NCBI GenBank assembly: GCA_001643675.2
Contig: LSRY02000027.1
Span: 1,178,001 to 1,242,000, forward strand
Direction: 5' to 3'
Length of the DNA: 64,000 nt
Source: Monocercomonoides exilis PA203
Taxonomy: Eukaryota > Protista > Preaxostyla
In this document: piece after piece, positions 37,261 to 49,974 of the stretch
Layout: every line of letters starts with the position of its first letter
Numbering within the stretch: the first letter of the stretch is position 1
Notes under the pieces: generated by a model
Seen by the model: the letters and a program-made list of their open reading frames with translations, nothing else
Told to the model about the DNA's origin: nothing
Databases searched by the model: none
Made by a program: the position numbers and the translations under genes

Positions 37261-38699
37261 CAGCTGACAATGAATATGCTAATTGTCATCTTGGTATCAA
37301 AGCAATGTATTTCTGCCTATCAAAGATGTTCTGCAAGAGGACACAAAATGCGACGGGGCTTCTGAAGAAGGTGCAGATCATAAGGCAGAAATCATTTCAT
37401 CAGCTGACTTGTGGGTGAAAATATGTGCAAATGAAGGCAAAGTAAGATATTTGAAGAGAAGGCACACAAAATTGAAGAATACGTCTAATATGTGTATTTG
37501 ATGAAATCAACATTGCTTGTCGGGCATTTATTCTCTTCTTTCATAGAATTTTCCATTAAATATGCCTTTTCAAATAAATAAGTTTCCCTCATCGTTTCAT
37601 CTTCCGCGACATATTGAAGGCGTGTGACGTTGTGTAACCTGCCGAACGCTATTTTTGAGCTCATTCATTTCATTAAAGAATTGCTCAAATGCTCTTTCTT
37701 TTCCATCTGTGCCTCTTTCAATCTCAAAATGAAAAAGGCAAAATCGTCCTCCTTTTCTGATTGCATGCCTTTTGATCTGCTATTCTGAGCTCAAAATTAC
37801 TCGTTTCATTGACACATAACTTTTGCTGAATTTTTGCGAGTGAACGAATATTTCTTTTTCGATTCTAAATGGAAATGATAGATGAGGCCTGAAGTTGAAT
37901 TTGGGAGGAAGTTGAATGAAATGAAAAAAACATCATTATTTTTGTTGATCATCGAAGAAGACGTTGAAGAAGAAGAAGAAGAAGATTGCAATGAAATGAA
38001 TTCGCCAAAAGGATATTTCATCTTCAGAATTGTGAATGAAAAGTTTCAAGAAGGCTCATTCATCCATTTATCAGAAGAGTCGAAGAAAAGCGAATAAAGC
38101 AAGTTTTTGATCTATTTGTTTAAGCCTCTCATTGAATGGCAAAAGCACATCAGAATCAAAGCGTTTCAACTTATGCTGAATAAAATGAAATAACAAATAT
38201 TGAAGTCGAAGGAGAACATTCAAGCAGAGCAAAGAATAACGAAATCATGCTTTAAATACGATGTATTTGTTTCACTTTTCATAATTTTGAAGATTACGAG
38301 GAATGAGACGAAGAAGAAGAAGATAATGATGATGCGTTAACTAATGAAATGGTAGCGAAAGGATGAGAAGAAGAAGAAGAAGAAGAAGAAGAATAGAATT
38401 TTTTAAGAGGGATACGATGTGCAACTTTATTGACAGTGTTGTTTTTATTGAATTAAGAATTGCCAATGAAGACGAGAAATCACAAGAAATTGATAGAAAT
38501 TGAAGATATAAGCTAAAGCTATGAAGAAAATGACGAAGGGGGAAAAGATGAATTAACAGAAGAAGAAGAGGAAGAAGAGGAAGAAGTGGAAGAAGAGGAA
38601 GAAGAGGAAGAAGGGAGAATTGAAGGTAACGAAGGAAGAATAAGTTGTAGAGAAGATAAAAATAAGAATGAGAAAAGGAAAAGAGCGAAGATTCCATCA

Positions 38700-41600
38700 T
38701 CATCTTTCACGAAAGGTTGGATTTTCTTATCGAAGAAAAGGATGATGAAGTTGTCACTAACGCAGATGTTGATGATGATTATGATTTATCATTTTCTTCA
38801 TTTTCTTCATTTTCTTCTTCTTCTCCTTCTTCTCCTTCTTTCCCTTCTTTCCCTTTCTTCCCTTTCTTCCCTTTCTTCCCCTTCGTCTTTCTCTTCTCCC
38901 TCTTCCTCTTTCTTTTCCTTCGCATCTGTCAGCAAACTCTCCTCACTGAAGAAGCCTTTCCATTCAGTTTGATGTCCCTTTTCTTCATCCAGAAGCTTTT
39001 CAACATCAATGGAATATCATCCAGTGCTATTCAAGCGATTAAACCGCGCTGGTTGAAGGAAAGGTGGAAAGACCCTTTCAAAGGCAGATGATGCTAAAAA
39101 CACAGGAAGACAAGCACAACGAAGACGAGCGCATTATCAAGCGACTGCATTTTCCTTGGATGGACTTGGTGATAATCTACAGAAAGAACTAGTTTTGAGT
39201 GAAAAATTTTAAAAATTTGCAAAAGAAATCAGAAAATAAAAAAGAAAAAGAAAGAAAAAGAAAAAGAAAAATAAGAAATTCATCGATACAATGCAATTCT
39301 AAAATGAGACAATGCCTTTTTATAAGAAAACTCGTCTTCTCGCCTCTCTGTTTGAAGAAGTCTGTCTTTTAACATATCTTCTCAGTCGTTTCTTTTAATT
39401 GACTGAAGTCAAAAGAGCAACAATTCAACACAAAATGAAAAAACGAAAAAGAAAACATGAAATTATCATTGCAAAAAAAGGAAGATTTATTTCAATTTTT
39501 TGAAATTTCCTTCTTTCTTATTTAAATAAAAATTGAATAAATGTTACATAAATTTGATAATACACCTTAATATTATCAAACATTTCTACCGTAGTCTGTT
39601 CTGTTTTGTCAGACTCATTCATGCATAACACGTATTGTTTCTGTGTTTGTTATGAAATCAAGGCTGATATTGGAGAATCAATTATAACCATCAAAACAAC
39701 CAAAAATAATGAATTTCAACAAAATGCAACAAGCGTCTTTTCAGATAAATACACATTAAGTGGAAATCACCATCAAACGATAAATGTGTTGAAATTAACT
39801 TAAAATTTCACAGGTGCTTGGTTTCACATACTTCATTAATCTTCCTTCTTTTCGAACTTTTTTATCTTCGCTCAACCCCAAAGCTTTTTGGAATATGGTC
39901 TCTTTCAATGCTCGATTAACAATGATTTCCATTGATGCCTGATGCAGTCCTAAAGCATCCGACTAGCATACGCTCGAATATCAAATATTCGTGGATTGAT
40001 GAAAGAATGATTCCCTTCATCAATCCTCCTTCATCCTGAACAGCCCACTCAAAAAAGGAACTAATGACAAAAGTATCCTTATAGCTTGTAGCTTCACTCA
40101 ACATATTAATTTTGAAGCAACCACAGAAGCCAGTAAACGCTTTGATATAACATAAAAAATCATTTCGATGAAACAAAGCCTCAACATAACTCTAAATGTT
40201 AGCACAAAAATAAAGCATCAACGTTTGTTCTTTTTGTTTGAAGGAGCATTGAAATATATGCACGATTAATGAACAAACTGTTGCTTTTTTGTTCCTTCTT
40301 CGAAATGTTCTTTTCAAAGTCTTTTCGTTTCTTCTTCATGTGGTCAATAATATTAATATAGAAAAATAATGATATTTGATGTCAACTATATGTGGCAAAT
40401 ATCCCAACATGTTCAAAGTTTTCAATCGAAATTCCATCTATTTCAATGAAATGAATTATTGTTGGCTCGATCAGCTCGAAATTTAATTCTTTCGTATTCG
40501 ACTTAATATAGCCTGTATCGTTGGCTTCTTTGTGATTTCTTTTTTAACATAGATTTTTTTTCTACTGGTCAAAGGAATTGAGTTTGGACTTTATCTTTGT
40601 TTTGTCGATTTTCAACAATATTGTTTTTGTTTTTCTGTTTTTAATTTGAAATTTTGCAGCAAATTGATCTTTGCTAATAGTAGGCAGGATGGAAATGTGC
40701 AATGAAGATAAATCCAATGATGGTGCTCAGAAACAATCACTTGCAGACAAGTTTTTAAGTTTGTTCAAATTTTCTATTTTTTGAGAGCTCAGCGTGTTCC
40801 GTCAAAATAAATTTCTTTTTAGATTTGCTTTCCGAGCTTGAAAATTGCAACGAGGAAGAACAGAAACAGATTATTGAAAAAATGAAAGGACAAATTGATG
40901 GAATAAATAAAAATGAATTCATATCCTTTAAAGCTGCAGATCTTTTCGACTATCTAAATAAAATGATTGAAGAAGAGAAACTGGCGATGGGAAATGCACT
41001 CTTGCTGTTGAAGCACATGGGATATTGCAAAGCGTTGAAAGGTGTATGGAGTGATGACTTTAAGTATTCTTTGCTGAAAGCTAGATTTGAGGAGATGATT
41101 GCTAAAGAAGATGAGAAAAAAGAAGAAAAGGATGAAAAGCTAATTGCTGATCTTGGTGAATGCAATTTATTTTTTGGGAGCTCATCATCATTGGAATTGA
41201 ATTCTATTTGCGTGCCTTGTCTGCTGAAAGTTGCGTTGAATAAGGAGGAAAACGAGGAAGCTCAAAAAGAAGTGGAAATGGCACTTCTGGCATTGAGTTG
41301 CATTTTCTCGCATTATGTTTGAACATTTCTATTTTATTTTTGAAATTTTTTCTAATTTTTCTAATTTTTGAACAGAACATTGAAAGAGATCTTTATCTGA
41401 ACGAGATGAAAGAAATCATCCAATATCATGAAAAGCATCACAATTTGACAAGGCTTGCCTATCAGTCTGCTTGGTGGTTTTTGATTATTCTATCATTCAA
41501 CGACCAAAAAACAATAGAAGTTATTGTGGATGAGCTGCATTTTGAAAGAGAGGCAGCAAGAGAATTGGATGAGCTGATGCAAAGCGTGGATTGGAAGAAG

Positions 41601-42150
41601 AAAGAAGAAGAGGAAGTTAAAGAAAAAGGGAAGAATGAAGAACTTGTTTTTAAAAGATGGCTGCAAATGTTTGAGCATTTCTTTATCACATGCAGAAAAT
41701 GGAATGAAGAATGCCCAGGGCTTATTGAAAGCATTGTTCGGGTGCTTCAAGCAGCGAAGGACTATCGCAGAGAGATCTGCAAAACATGCATTTATTTGTT
41801 AAGATCATCAGCAGAAAATAGAGCAGTGAAAGTTGATGCCTTGCTGAAAAGTGGTGCCATTGATGCTGTCTTAGAGGAAATTCAGCAACCAACGCTAGAT
41901 GAAGAAATGACATTTGAATGTAAGAAATTTTTTCAATTGATTTCAGTGTGTTTGAAAATAAAAGAGATTGATGAAAAGGAAGAAGCGAAAAAAAAGGTGA
42001 TCAAAATGGAGATATTTGACAAGTTGGAAGAAGAAGGATACGAAGATATCATCATAAGCATTCAAAAAAATATTAGTTGCATTTTTAAAGATGATGACGT
42101 ATTTATTTATCTTTGAAAAATTCACACTTTCTCTTAAAGGCTTGAGGAAA
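38700..42150 (+). repeat. Arm A of an inverted segmental duplication (partner ~55620-58900)
   Basis: Reverse-complement similarity from cgcatctgtcagca (38921 vs ~58730-58743), through 39450-39520 vs 58290-58360 and 40380-40760 vs 57000-57390, into the family gene. Confidence 0.85.
40689..42116 (+). CDS. Helical multicopy family, copy 2; join(40689..40758,40823..41316,41376..42116)
   Basis: ATG at 40689 (MEMCNEDKSNDG). GT-AG introns of 64 and 59 nt give a continuous frame with all family motifs. Confidence 0.88.
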
Positions 42151-45100
42151 CGAAAAGCTTTGCATTTTGTAACTCAAAAGTTTCATTTTTCTTTTTTCAT
42201 CATTTCACATTGTTGAGAGCAAACAGTCGTTTGAATCTTTAATAAAAGAATTTTTTTTCCAAAGCTTCGAAATGTAATTAAGCAATAAAAAATAATTAAG
42301 TAAAAAGGAATAATAATAATAATAATAATAACGTCGTGGGTGATAAATTTTTTTGGATAGGCCACAGCTCAACAGGCAATTACAACCAGATTTTTCAAGA
42401 ATTTGTATGGGGAAGAAATGTATCTTCTTTGATAATTTTCTTTTTCTTTCTTCTTCTTCTTCTTTTCCATTTCACTTTCCCTTTCCAGGCAAACCGTTGT
42501 GTTTTTTCATTATCTTCCGCCTTTTCCCAATCACTCAAAGACAACAAACAATCAATGATTGCCTGTCTTTCTAATCAGAATGAGGATGTATTTTGTGTTG
42601 CTGACAAAGCTTCCTTCTGATGCAAATGCTCTCTCAAAAGGCACTTTGTTGCATAAGTAGCTCTTCAGTCTTCAATTAAACATGCATCTTCTCACTGTTC
42701 TTCTCACTTTTCACAAAGAAAAGAAAAGAAAAAAAGAACAGTTGAAGAATCGGAGTCAGATGAGCAGTCTTGTAACCCTTTTATTGAAATAGCTTTTTCC
42801 TGGTGCATCGACTTCGGTTGTATGGAGCAACATCGAAAGACACATGTGATATTGCTCTGTCTAATGCACCAATTCGTCTTTGGTTCTTCTGACTTTCATG
42901 TTGCCAGCTTCACACAATAACTTCACTGAAGCAAAGAAGGCTGGACAAAGCTGAGCTGAGCTGTCTTCTGATACAAATCCATAGCTGATTGTGGCAGTTC
43001 AGTTATTGTTCTCAATTAACTTTGCTTTCATTGCGATGGAAAGGACAAAATAAAAGATTCATCAAAACGTTATGGAATGTGCTAAAATTTGTGATTATGA
43101 CAATGATATTCATCCACAATTTGTCTGATCCTCAAGAGATGACGAAGGCAATTGCACGTAGTTGTATTTGGCTGTTCACAGTTTGATGCAGAAAATGATG
43201 AAGCTCGATGAAGTGACTATGAAAATTTTGATGAAGGATTTTTCTCCAAATTAGAATCAGTTTGCTCTTTTGAAGAAGATGAAGATGAGGAAGAAGAAAT
43301 TGAATAAGAAGTTAACGATGATAATTTTGCAGAAAAAGAAAAAGAAGAAATAATGTTATTTATTGAAGAAGGAGTGAAATGTGCTGAATATAGCTGTAGG
43401 AAAAATGGAATCTTGCGTTTTCATTTCTCCGAATGAGAATGTTCTAATAAGCTTATTTTGGAATTTATGGGAAGATGATGACAGATTAGAACTAACAAAA
43501 CAGCATACAAAAAGAAAAGAAAGAAAGAAAGAAGGAGAGGAAGAGGAGGAAGAAGAAGGAAAATGTGCAAAGCTGGCAGCATTTGCCGACAGACCCAAGA
43601 AGCACGCTCAACTCAGCTGAAAGGGCAGACAAACGAGGCAAAAGCAAATAAAAATGAAGGAGAATGTTTTCAGTTGAAGAAACAGCGTCTGCCTTCAGAG
43701 AAGATGAGGAGAAGGAGTGAATGGAATGGAGTGGGAGTTATTTCTTCTTTCGAGTGAAGATGGAGGCTGATGATGATTTGTGTGGCAAAGAAGGCGAAAG
43801 AGGGGAGTGTGTCACTGCTGGTGCATGATGTGGGAATATCGAATGGGACAAGGGAAGAAGAAGAAGATGATGATGATGATGAATAAAAAGAAGGAAGAGA
43901 AGGAGAGCAAGGTTGAGGAAGTTGAGGATGAATGAATGAATTTGGCTGAGAGGAGGAGGAAGAAGAAGAAAATAACATGATTTGATATTAATTATCTCAG
44001 AAGAAGTTGAAAAGGAAGAAGAATTGAAAAAGCAGCTGAAGGAATCCATTATGTTTTTGTGTCTGACAGAAGAATTTGAATTAATCAAAAACAAGAGCAG
44101 CTCGAATGTCTGTGAAAAGCATGTTCTTCAGAGAGCACATCAGCTGTCGGAGTGCAATGAGTGAGTGGCAGCACTCTCAGCGAAGATGAAGATGAAGACG
44201 AAGATGCAGAAGACAAAGCATTTGGAGAGTTGCAGCAAACATTCATGAAACAAGCATTCCTTTTGAAAGTGCTATTCAAAAGAGAAAATGGAATGATTGC
44301 AATGACTTTTGAATGAATTCTCGATAGCATTAAATGCATTTGCAATCAGCTTGTAATTCCGAAAATTTTGGAAATGCTTCAGGATTGCAAAAGGAAGACT
44401 GTACAGGCTCAAAAAAATCCTAACAATATATATCGGAACGCCTTTGATCCGCATCTTCGTTCTTTTTGAGTAGCAAATTCAAATGTGATTGTAACATTGT
44501 TTTCAGAAACAAAAAAATAAAAAAAGGCTATTCAGGCATGTTTCCTGCACAAATTTCAGAAGAAAGGGTATCTTTACTGTATTCCTCATGAACTTCACCT
44601 TTCAACTGAAATCGTCATCGGATGAAGGCATCTTGAGTATTCTATAATTCGTAAAAAAGCAACCAAATATCTTTTGGCGCTTGAGCTTTTGTATGCATGC
44701 TGCATTCTGACTTTCCGTTGCAGCTTGTCTTTTGATTTTTCTCCAAATAATCCATTTCCAAATTCAAAATTCCATTTAAGTGATGAAGCATTCATCCTTG
44801 ATCCTCTATCATTCAGCTTGCTTTTGCTCTTGCTCTATTGTTAACATAGGCTGATTCCATTGTCCAGACTATTCATTTTGGTTTTCAGAAATTCATTTCT
44901 TTTGATCGTTAACAGTCCAATGTGTCTTTTGAAACAAATGAAAACTTCAGTAATTCACAGAATGCTCCAAGCAGATGAGCAATGGTTGTTCACTTTTTCA
45001 TCCTTATTTTTCCTCAACGGAATTCAAATCTTTTCTCTTCAAGAATTTGGCATTTCCTGTTCTCTGATTCTCTCTAGCAAAATTCAATTTCAATGTAGAA

Positions 45101-45503
45101 ATAAATTCAATTCAAAATCCAGGAGAAAACATCTCAGGAAGAGCTCTTTCACTCAGTTAAAATAATTGTTTGAAAACAATTTTTTGTTGGTTTGATCAAT
45201 AAATCCCACTTTTTTTTTGTTGTTGTTGTTGTTGTTTGTGACCGACAAATGATTTTAAAACTTGATTTATCACAGAGGTGTAAAATATTCATTTTTCATT
45301 TGTTTGATTAGCTGTGGACCTTTTCATAAAAGTTGTTCTGAAGAATAAGCTATTTGCAGATACAATTTTTTTGTGTTTGATTATCACTTGAAAGTTTTGT
45401 AATTATTTCGTCCATTTCAAAACCGTTTTAACAAAAACATGCATCGACTTCATTCATTAATTGTACGAAAAATGAGAATCAAAAAAAATTTGTAAATAAT
45501 ATA

Positions 45504-45908
45504 TAGTTAGTGTTAATAATGGTGGACACTTTCAATAACTGTGGACAGTGGCTTTATCTCAACCACCATTGACAGTAGCTTTTTAATAATTAACCCAATT
45601 ATTCCCTCAATGAATATGAATTTATAAGTCAAACAAAAATGAAACAACTTGCTCTGCAGAATTTTGAAAAAAACATTTTTAATTTTCGGAGAAACCCAAA
45701 GAAATTAAATTCTCATAGTTTCTCCGAAAATTAAAAATGTTTTTTTCAAAATTCTGCAGAGCAAGTTGTTTCATTTTTGTTTGACTTATAAATTCATATT
45801 CATTGAGGGAATAATTGGGTTAATTATTAAAAAGCTACTGTCAATGGTGGTTGAGATAAAGCCACTGTCCACAGTTATTGAAAGTGTCCACAATTTTAAC
45901 ACTAACGA
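45504..45908. mobile_element. Foldback MITE, probably Tc1/mariner type
   Basis: Perfect arms 45522-45695 and 45718-45891 with a 22-bp loop. The outer gttagtgttaa / ttaacactaac also pair. TA is present on both sides (45502-45503 and 45909-45910). Confidence 0.85.
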
Positions 45909-45969
45909 TAAAACAAAATTATTTTAAATAAAATAAAATGAAATGAAAAATAAAAAATAAAAACTTTAA

Positions 45970-46937
45970 CTTCGCGATCAAAGAAAAGAAATTAATAAAA
46001 TTACTCGTTATTGAATATATCTGTCAATTCAGCAAAAAAAAATCAAAAACAAACCATTTGCAATAAAAACTGCTGGTCAGAAACAAACTTGGAAGATCAC
46101 TTTTTTTCACGCTAGCTTTACTGAGAAAAAAAGAATCAAAATCAATGCAAATTCGAAGAGCCAGAGATCGAACCGATTATCTTTGCGTGAATTACAGCAA
46201 CTGGACTGCTCATCGATTATTGCACTTTATAAATAGAAAATATACAAAGAGAAAAATCAAGCGTTTCATATAAATAATTGCATATTTGAAGAGAAATAAA
46301 TATACAAAAAACCATAAAACGGATGATGAATTATGAAAGCTGATTATTTTCGCTGATGAAAAAAGATCAATTTATTTGGGACCAGATTATACAAGAATGG
46401 AATGGATTGAAAATGATTATGAAGAAATACTCGATTATCAAAGTCAGAATAAACATGAAAAAAAAAAGATATTGGCCACAGTGTGTTATGTTTTCGAATC
46501 GCCAATCGTTTTTGTCAGCGAAACAATGAATTCTGAGGAATATTGTCGAATAATTAAGTTTTCATTGATTTATAATGAACGCAAGTGGTTCAAAAATAAT
46601 TGGAGTTTTATCTTCGAAAATTAACCTATTAATCGATCTTTCAAAAGTGCAAAATGTTGTTAGAGATTTTTCAATTACCAACGTTGAATAGCCCCTTTAT
46701 TCTCCAGATTTTAATATTATCGAAAATGTGTGGAGCATTTTATCTGGGAAAGTTTTCAATGATGGAAAACCAAATAAAGACGCGAATGAGCTAAAAAAAT
46801 CAATTATTGCTGCCTGGAATGAAATTGAATTGGATATTATTAATAAACTTGTTCATTCGATGTCCAAACGCCTAAAATCAGTTATTATGAATGAAGGAGG
46901 ATCAATCAAAAATTGTAATATAATTATTATGTTATAA
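45970..46937 (+). pseudogene. Tc1/Tc3-like DDE transposase relic
   Basis: IIFADEK...GPD, MNSEEYCRII, *PLYSPDFNIIENVWSIL and LKKSIIAAWNEI...LVHSMSKRLKSVIMNEGG match the Tc1 family (FSDE...WPxxSPDLNPIENxW...SMxxR). Many frameshifts. Confidence 0.88.
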
Positions 46938-47634
46938 GTTTTTAAATTTGGAAATTTCCTTTTATTTGGATATTCAGATCACATATTTTTAACAAATAAT
47001 TTTATCAATCAACAGGAAAATTGTTCTTATTTTTGTTTTTGAAAAAAAAAATAATTTCAATTACAAAGCATGAACATGTTTGATAATAACAACAACTGAA
47101 TGTGATTTTTCTCTTTCTAAACTGTTGGTTCATATTTTCGATTTTTTAAGAAGTGAATCTTTTATTGTTGATGTTCAGTGTAACGAAATATGAGATCATT
47201 TTTTTTCGAAAAATTGAGCATTAAATGAAATAATATCTATTCAATATACAATTTTCAATATTTAAAGAAAATTCTTAAACAGAAATTTTTGTTTAAGAAA
47301 ATTTTGATTCACTTATTATTACACACAGACACTCTGTTTATAAAGTTCAATTGTTAAAAAATACATTTCAATTAATATTTGTTTGTTTCTGTTTAAAGCA
47401 ATATTTGATTACAAATTCGGATCTTATAGAAAACTGATTTCAAATAAAAATCTTTTTCTGATTTTTAAATGATTGACAAATTGAAATGTTATTTTTGAAA
47501 ATTTAAAATTTGTTCACAAGTTTCACGAAAGGATCCGCATTGATTGGATGTGCACACACAACCAAATATTTTTATTCAGAAATTCCAATTTTGACACGAA
47601 AATGATAGTTTGAGAAAAGAATAATAATAAATTA

Positions 47635-49663
47635 GTGTGGTTTTTTTATCCGGACATTTTTTTATCTGGACAAAAAATTTTATAATGAATTATTTCTTCC
47701 AATTTTTGGATATTTTATCATATTTTTGATATATTAGAAAAAGTCAGAAATAAGAATTTCAGATTAAATTACTATACCTAATCTCTGATGAGGGGGAGAT
47801 GGGAAAGTCAGCTCCTCCATCTCTGATAAGTGCATCCCCTGAAGAGATTAGGTTATAGCAACGGGGCTTATTAAGTTTGAAATTAATCGAAAAAAAATTT
47901 TTTTAATTTTTTTTTCATTTCAAAAAAAAATTTTTTAAAAAAATAAAAATTAGATCATTACCAAAAATTTTTTTGTCATGAGTGTTATCAAAAACAAAAC
48001 AGAACAAGGGTTGTAAAACATTAGAAATCAAATGATGTCACTTGTTTATAAACAAATAAAAATTCGTTTGGAACGAATTGCAACTATTGTTTTGGATGAA
48101 AAGGAAAGGATAGTTGACGCAGCTAATCTGCACAAGTTCAGCTATTCAGCCATTAACAGAGCGATTGCAGCTTTGGAAAATAAAAGAAAAGTCGGTAAAA
48201 TTGATCACCCAGAGTTTCTAACAAAAGAAGAAAAGAAAACAGAAAAGGATGTTATTCGTTGCAAAAGTTCAAGTAGTGTGAGCATTTCTGTTTCTCAAAT
48301 GAAACAATTGGTTAGCCTCATCATTTATAAACAAATCAAAATCAATTATTATTTTATTTCAGATGGAATCTGTCATTTCTGATTAACAAAAAAACCTATT
48401 CGAAGAAGAAAAAGAAGAAGTCAAAATTTCGAAGTCATCCCACTTCTCATTCGTTAAAAGGAATCCACACATCAAAGAATCTATTCCAAGAAACGTTGAT
48501 ATTCAACGATTAGCTGTATCGAACAAACAAACTCTCCAGCCTTTCAATGAACTTCAACATCATAATACAAACGAATATTCTTCTTCTTTGATATATAATA
48601 CCGACGAGTCTTCACTTCGCCTCTCAGATACCACCAAAAAGCTTGTTGTACATCCTTCAGATTCGCCAGCTGGATTTAACAAAACACCCACAAACATGCA
48701 AAACACCACGCTGTGCGTCGCAGCTGCTGCAGACGGTTATTCTTTGAAAAGCATCGTTTTTTGGCCTTCAAAGAAGATTCCAGCTGAACTGCGTGTGATG
48801 CTCAGATCTTCAATAAATACCTTAGAAGACAACGATGGCTGGATGACCGAAGCAATATTTTGAAAGATAAACAGAAGATGTTCTTTTTCCAGGAATCGTG
48901 GAAAGACGAACTCTTTTGAACAAAGATGAAGAAAGATACCTTCTACTATTGGACTCTCATCCATAAAGAGCTCAGTCCGACATTTGACAAAAAATTCGCT
49001 GATGCCTCCATCGACGTGGTGATTTTCATTCCTCACAGCACACATCTCACTCAGACTCTCGATTGTGGAGTATTAACCGTCTTCAAAAAATGTTTTAACA
49101 CTAAATGTGTCGTTCCTTCTTCTTCATCTGTCTCTCTTCGAAGAAAAGCAATTGAAGATGCCATTCATCAGGCTCTGCAAACAGCATTATTGCCTGAAAC
49201 AATTGTTTCTTCGTTTGTCAAAAGTGGAATGTTATCAAATCAATGTAATGCTGTTCTTTCAACGTTGTTTGATGAGCCTTCTGTCACACTGAAGAAAAAG
49301 AACCACAGATTTGATTTTCATGGAAAAATAATTACCGACAAAGATTTTTTGGATGAATGGAGAAATCAAAAGAAAATGAAAGAATAGAAGATAAGGAATG
49401 ATGATAATGAAAAAACTGTGGAAAAAAAATTGTTTGAGGATAAAAAACCAAAGAAAAGGAAAATTCCTCGAAAAAAAGTTTTTTTTGAAAATAATTCTGG
49501 AGATGAAAGCAAACAAGAAAATTCCAGAAAAATAATCAAAAGAGAGTTAATTGACTATATTTATTTCAAGAATTCTTTTTTAAAAGAATCAAACATGCTT
49601 TCGTGAAGTTGAAAAATTTTTTTTATTCCCATATAAAAAAATATCCTGATAAAAAAACAACCC
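47635..49663 (+). mobile_element. pogo/Tigger-like DNA transposon (degenerate)
   Basis: TIRs gtgtggtttttttatccggacatttttttatctgg versus reverse complement gggttgtttttttatcaggatatttttttatatgg. TA at 47633-47634. Encloses a DDE_1-type transposase relic. Confidence 0.8.
47978..49606 (+). pseudogene. pogo-like (DDE_1) transposase
   Basis: IYNTDESSL, TLCVAAAADG, DGWMTEAIF, LLLLDSH and IPHSTHLTQTLDCGV are canonical pogo/DDE_1 motifs. Frameshifted. Confidence 0.88.
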
Positions 49664-49974
49664 AAGAATTGGAATATGATAGCAAACATTGATAAGTAAT
49701 ATTAAATTTTTTTTTCCAAATTAATCAACAAATTAAAAGCACATATTTAAATATAAATATTAAAAAAAAATAAAAGATAAGTAATTTAGGGTTATGTCTT
49801 CCATTTTGAAAGTAACCAATTCACGATTTGAATAAAATTTATCTACTATACTGATAATTTTTTATTAACATTAAAAAAAAGGTTAATCGTTGATGCTATT
49901 TTCACAGTATTTTTTGAGAATTTCTAATTTAACTTTGAACAAACATGAAATCTGTTGGAATTTTCTTTTTCAAA

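Noticed and set aside
42300-45200. Degraded coding-like region
   Set aside because: No continuous frame or recognisable family could be supported by eye.
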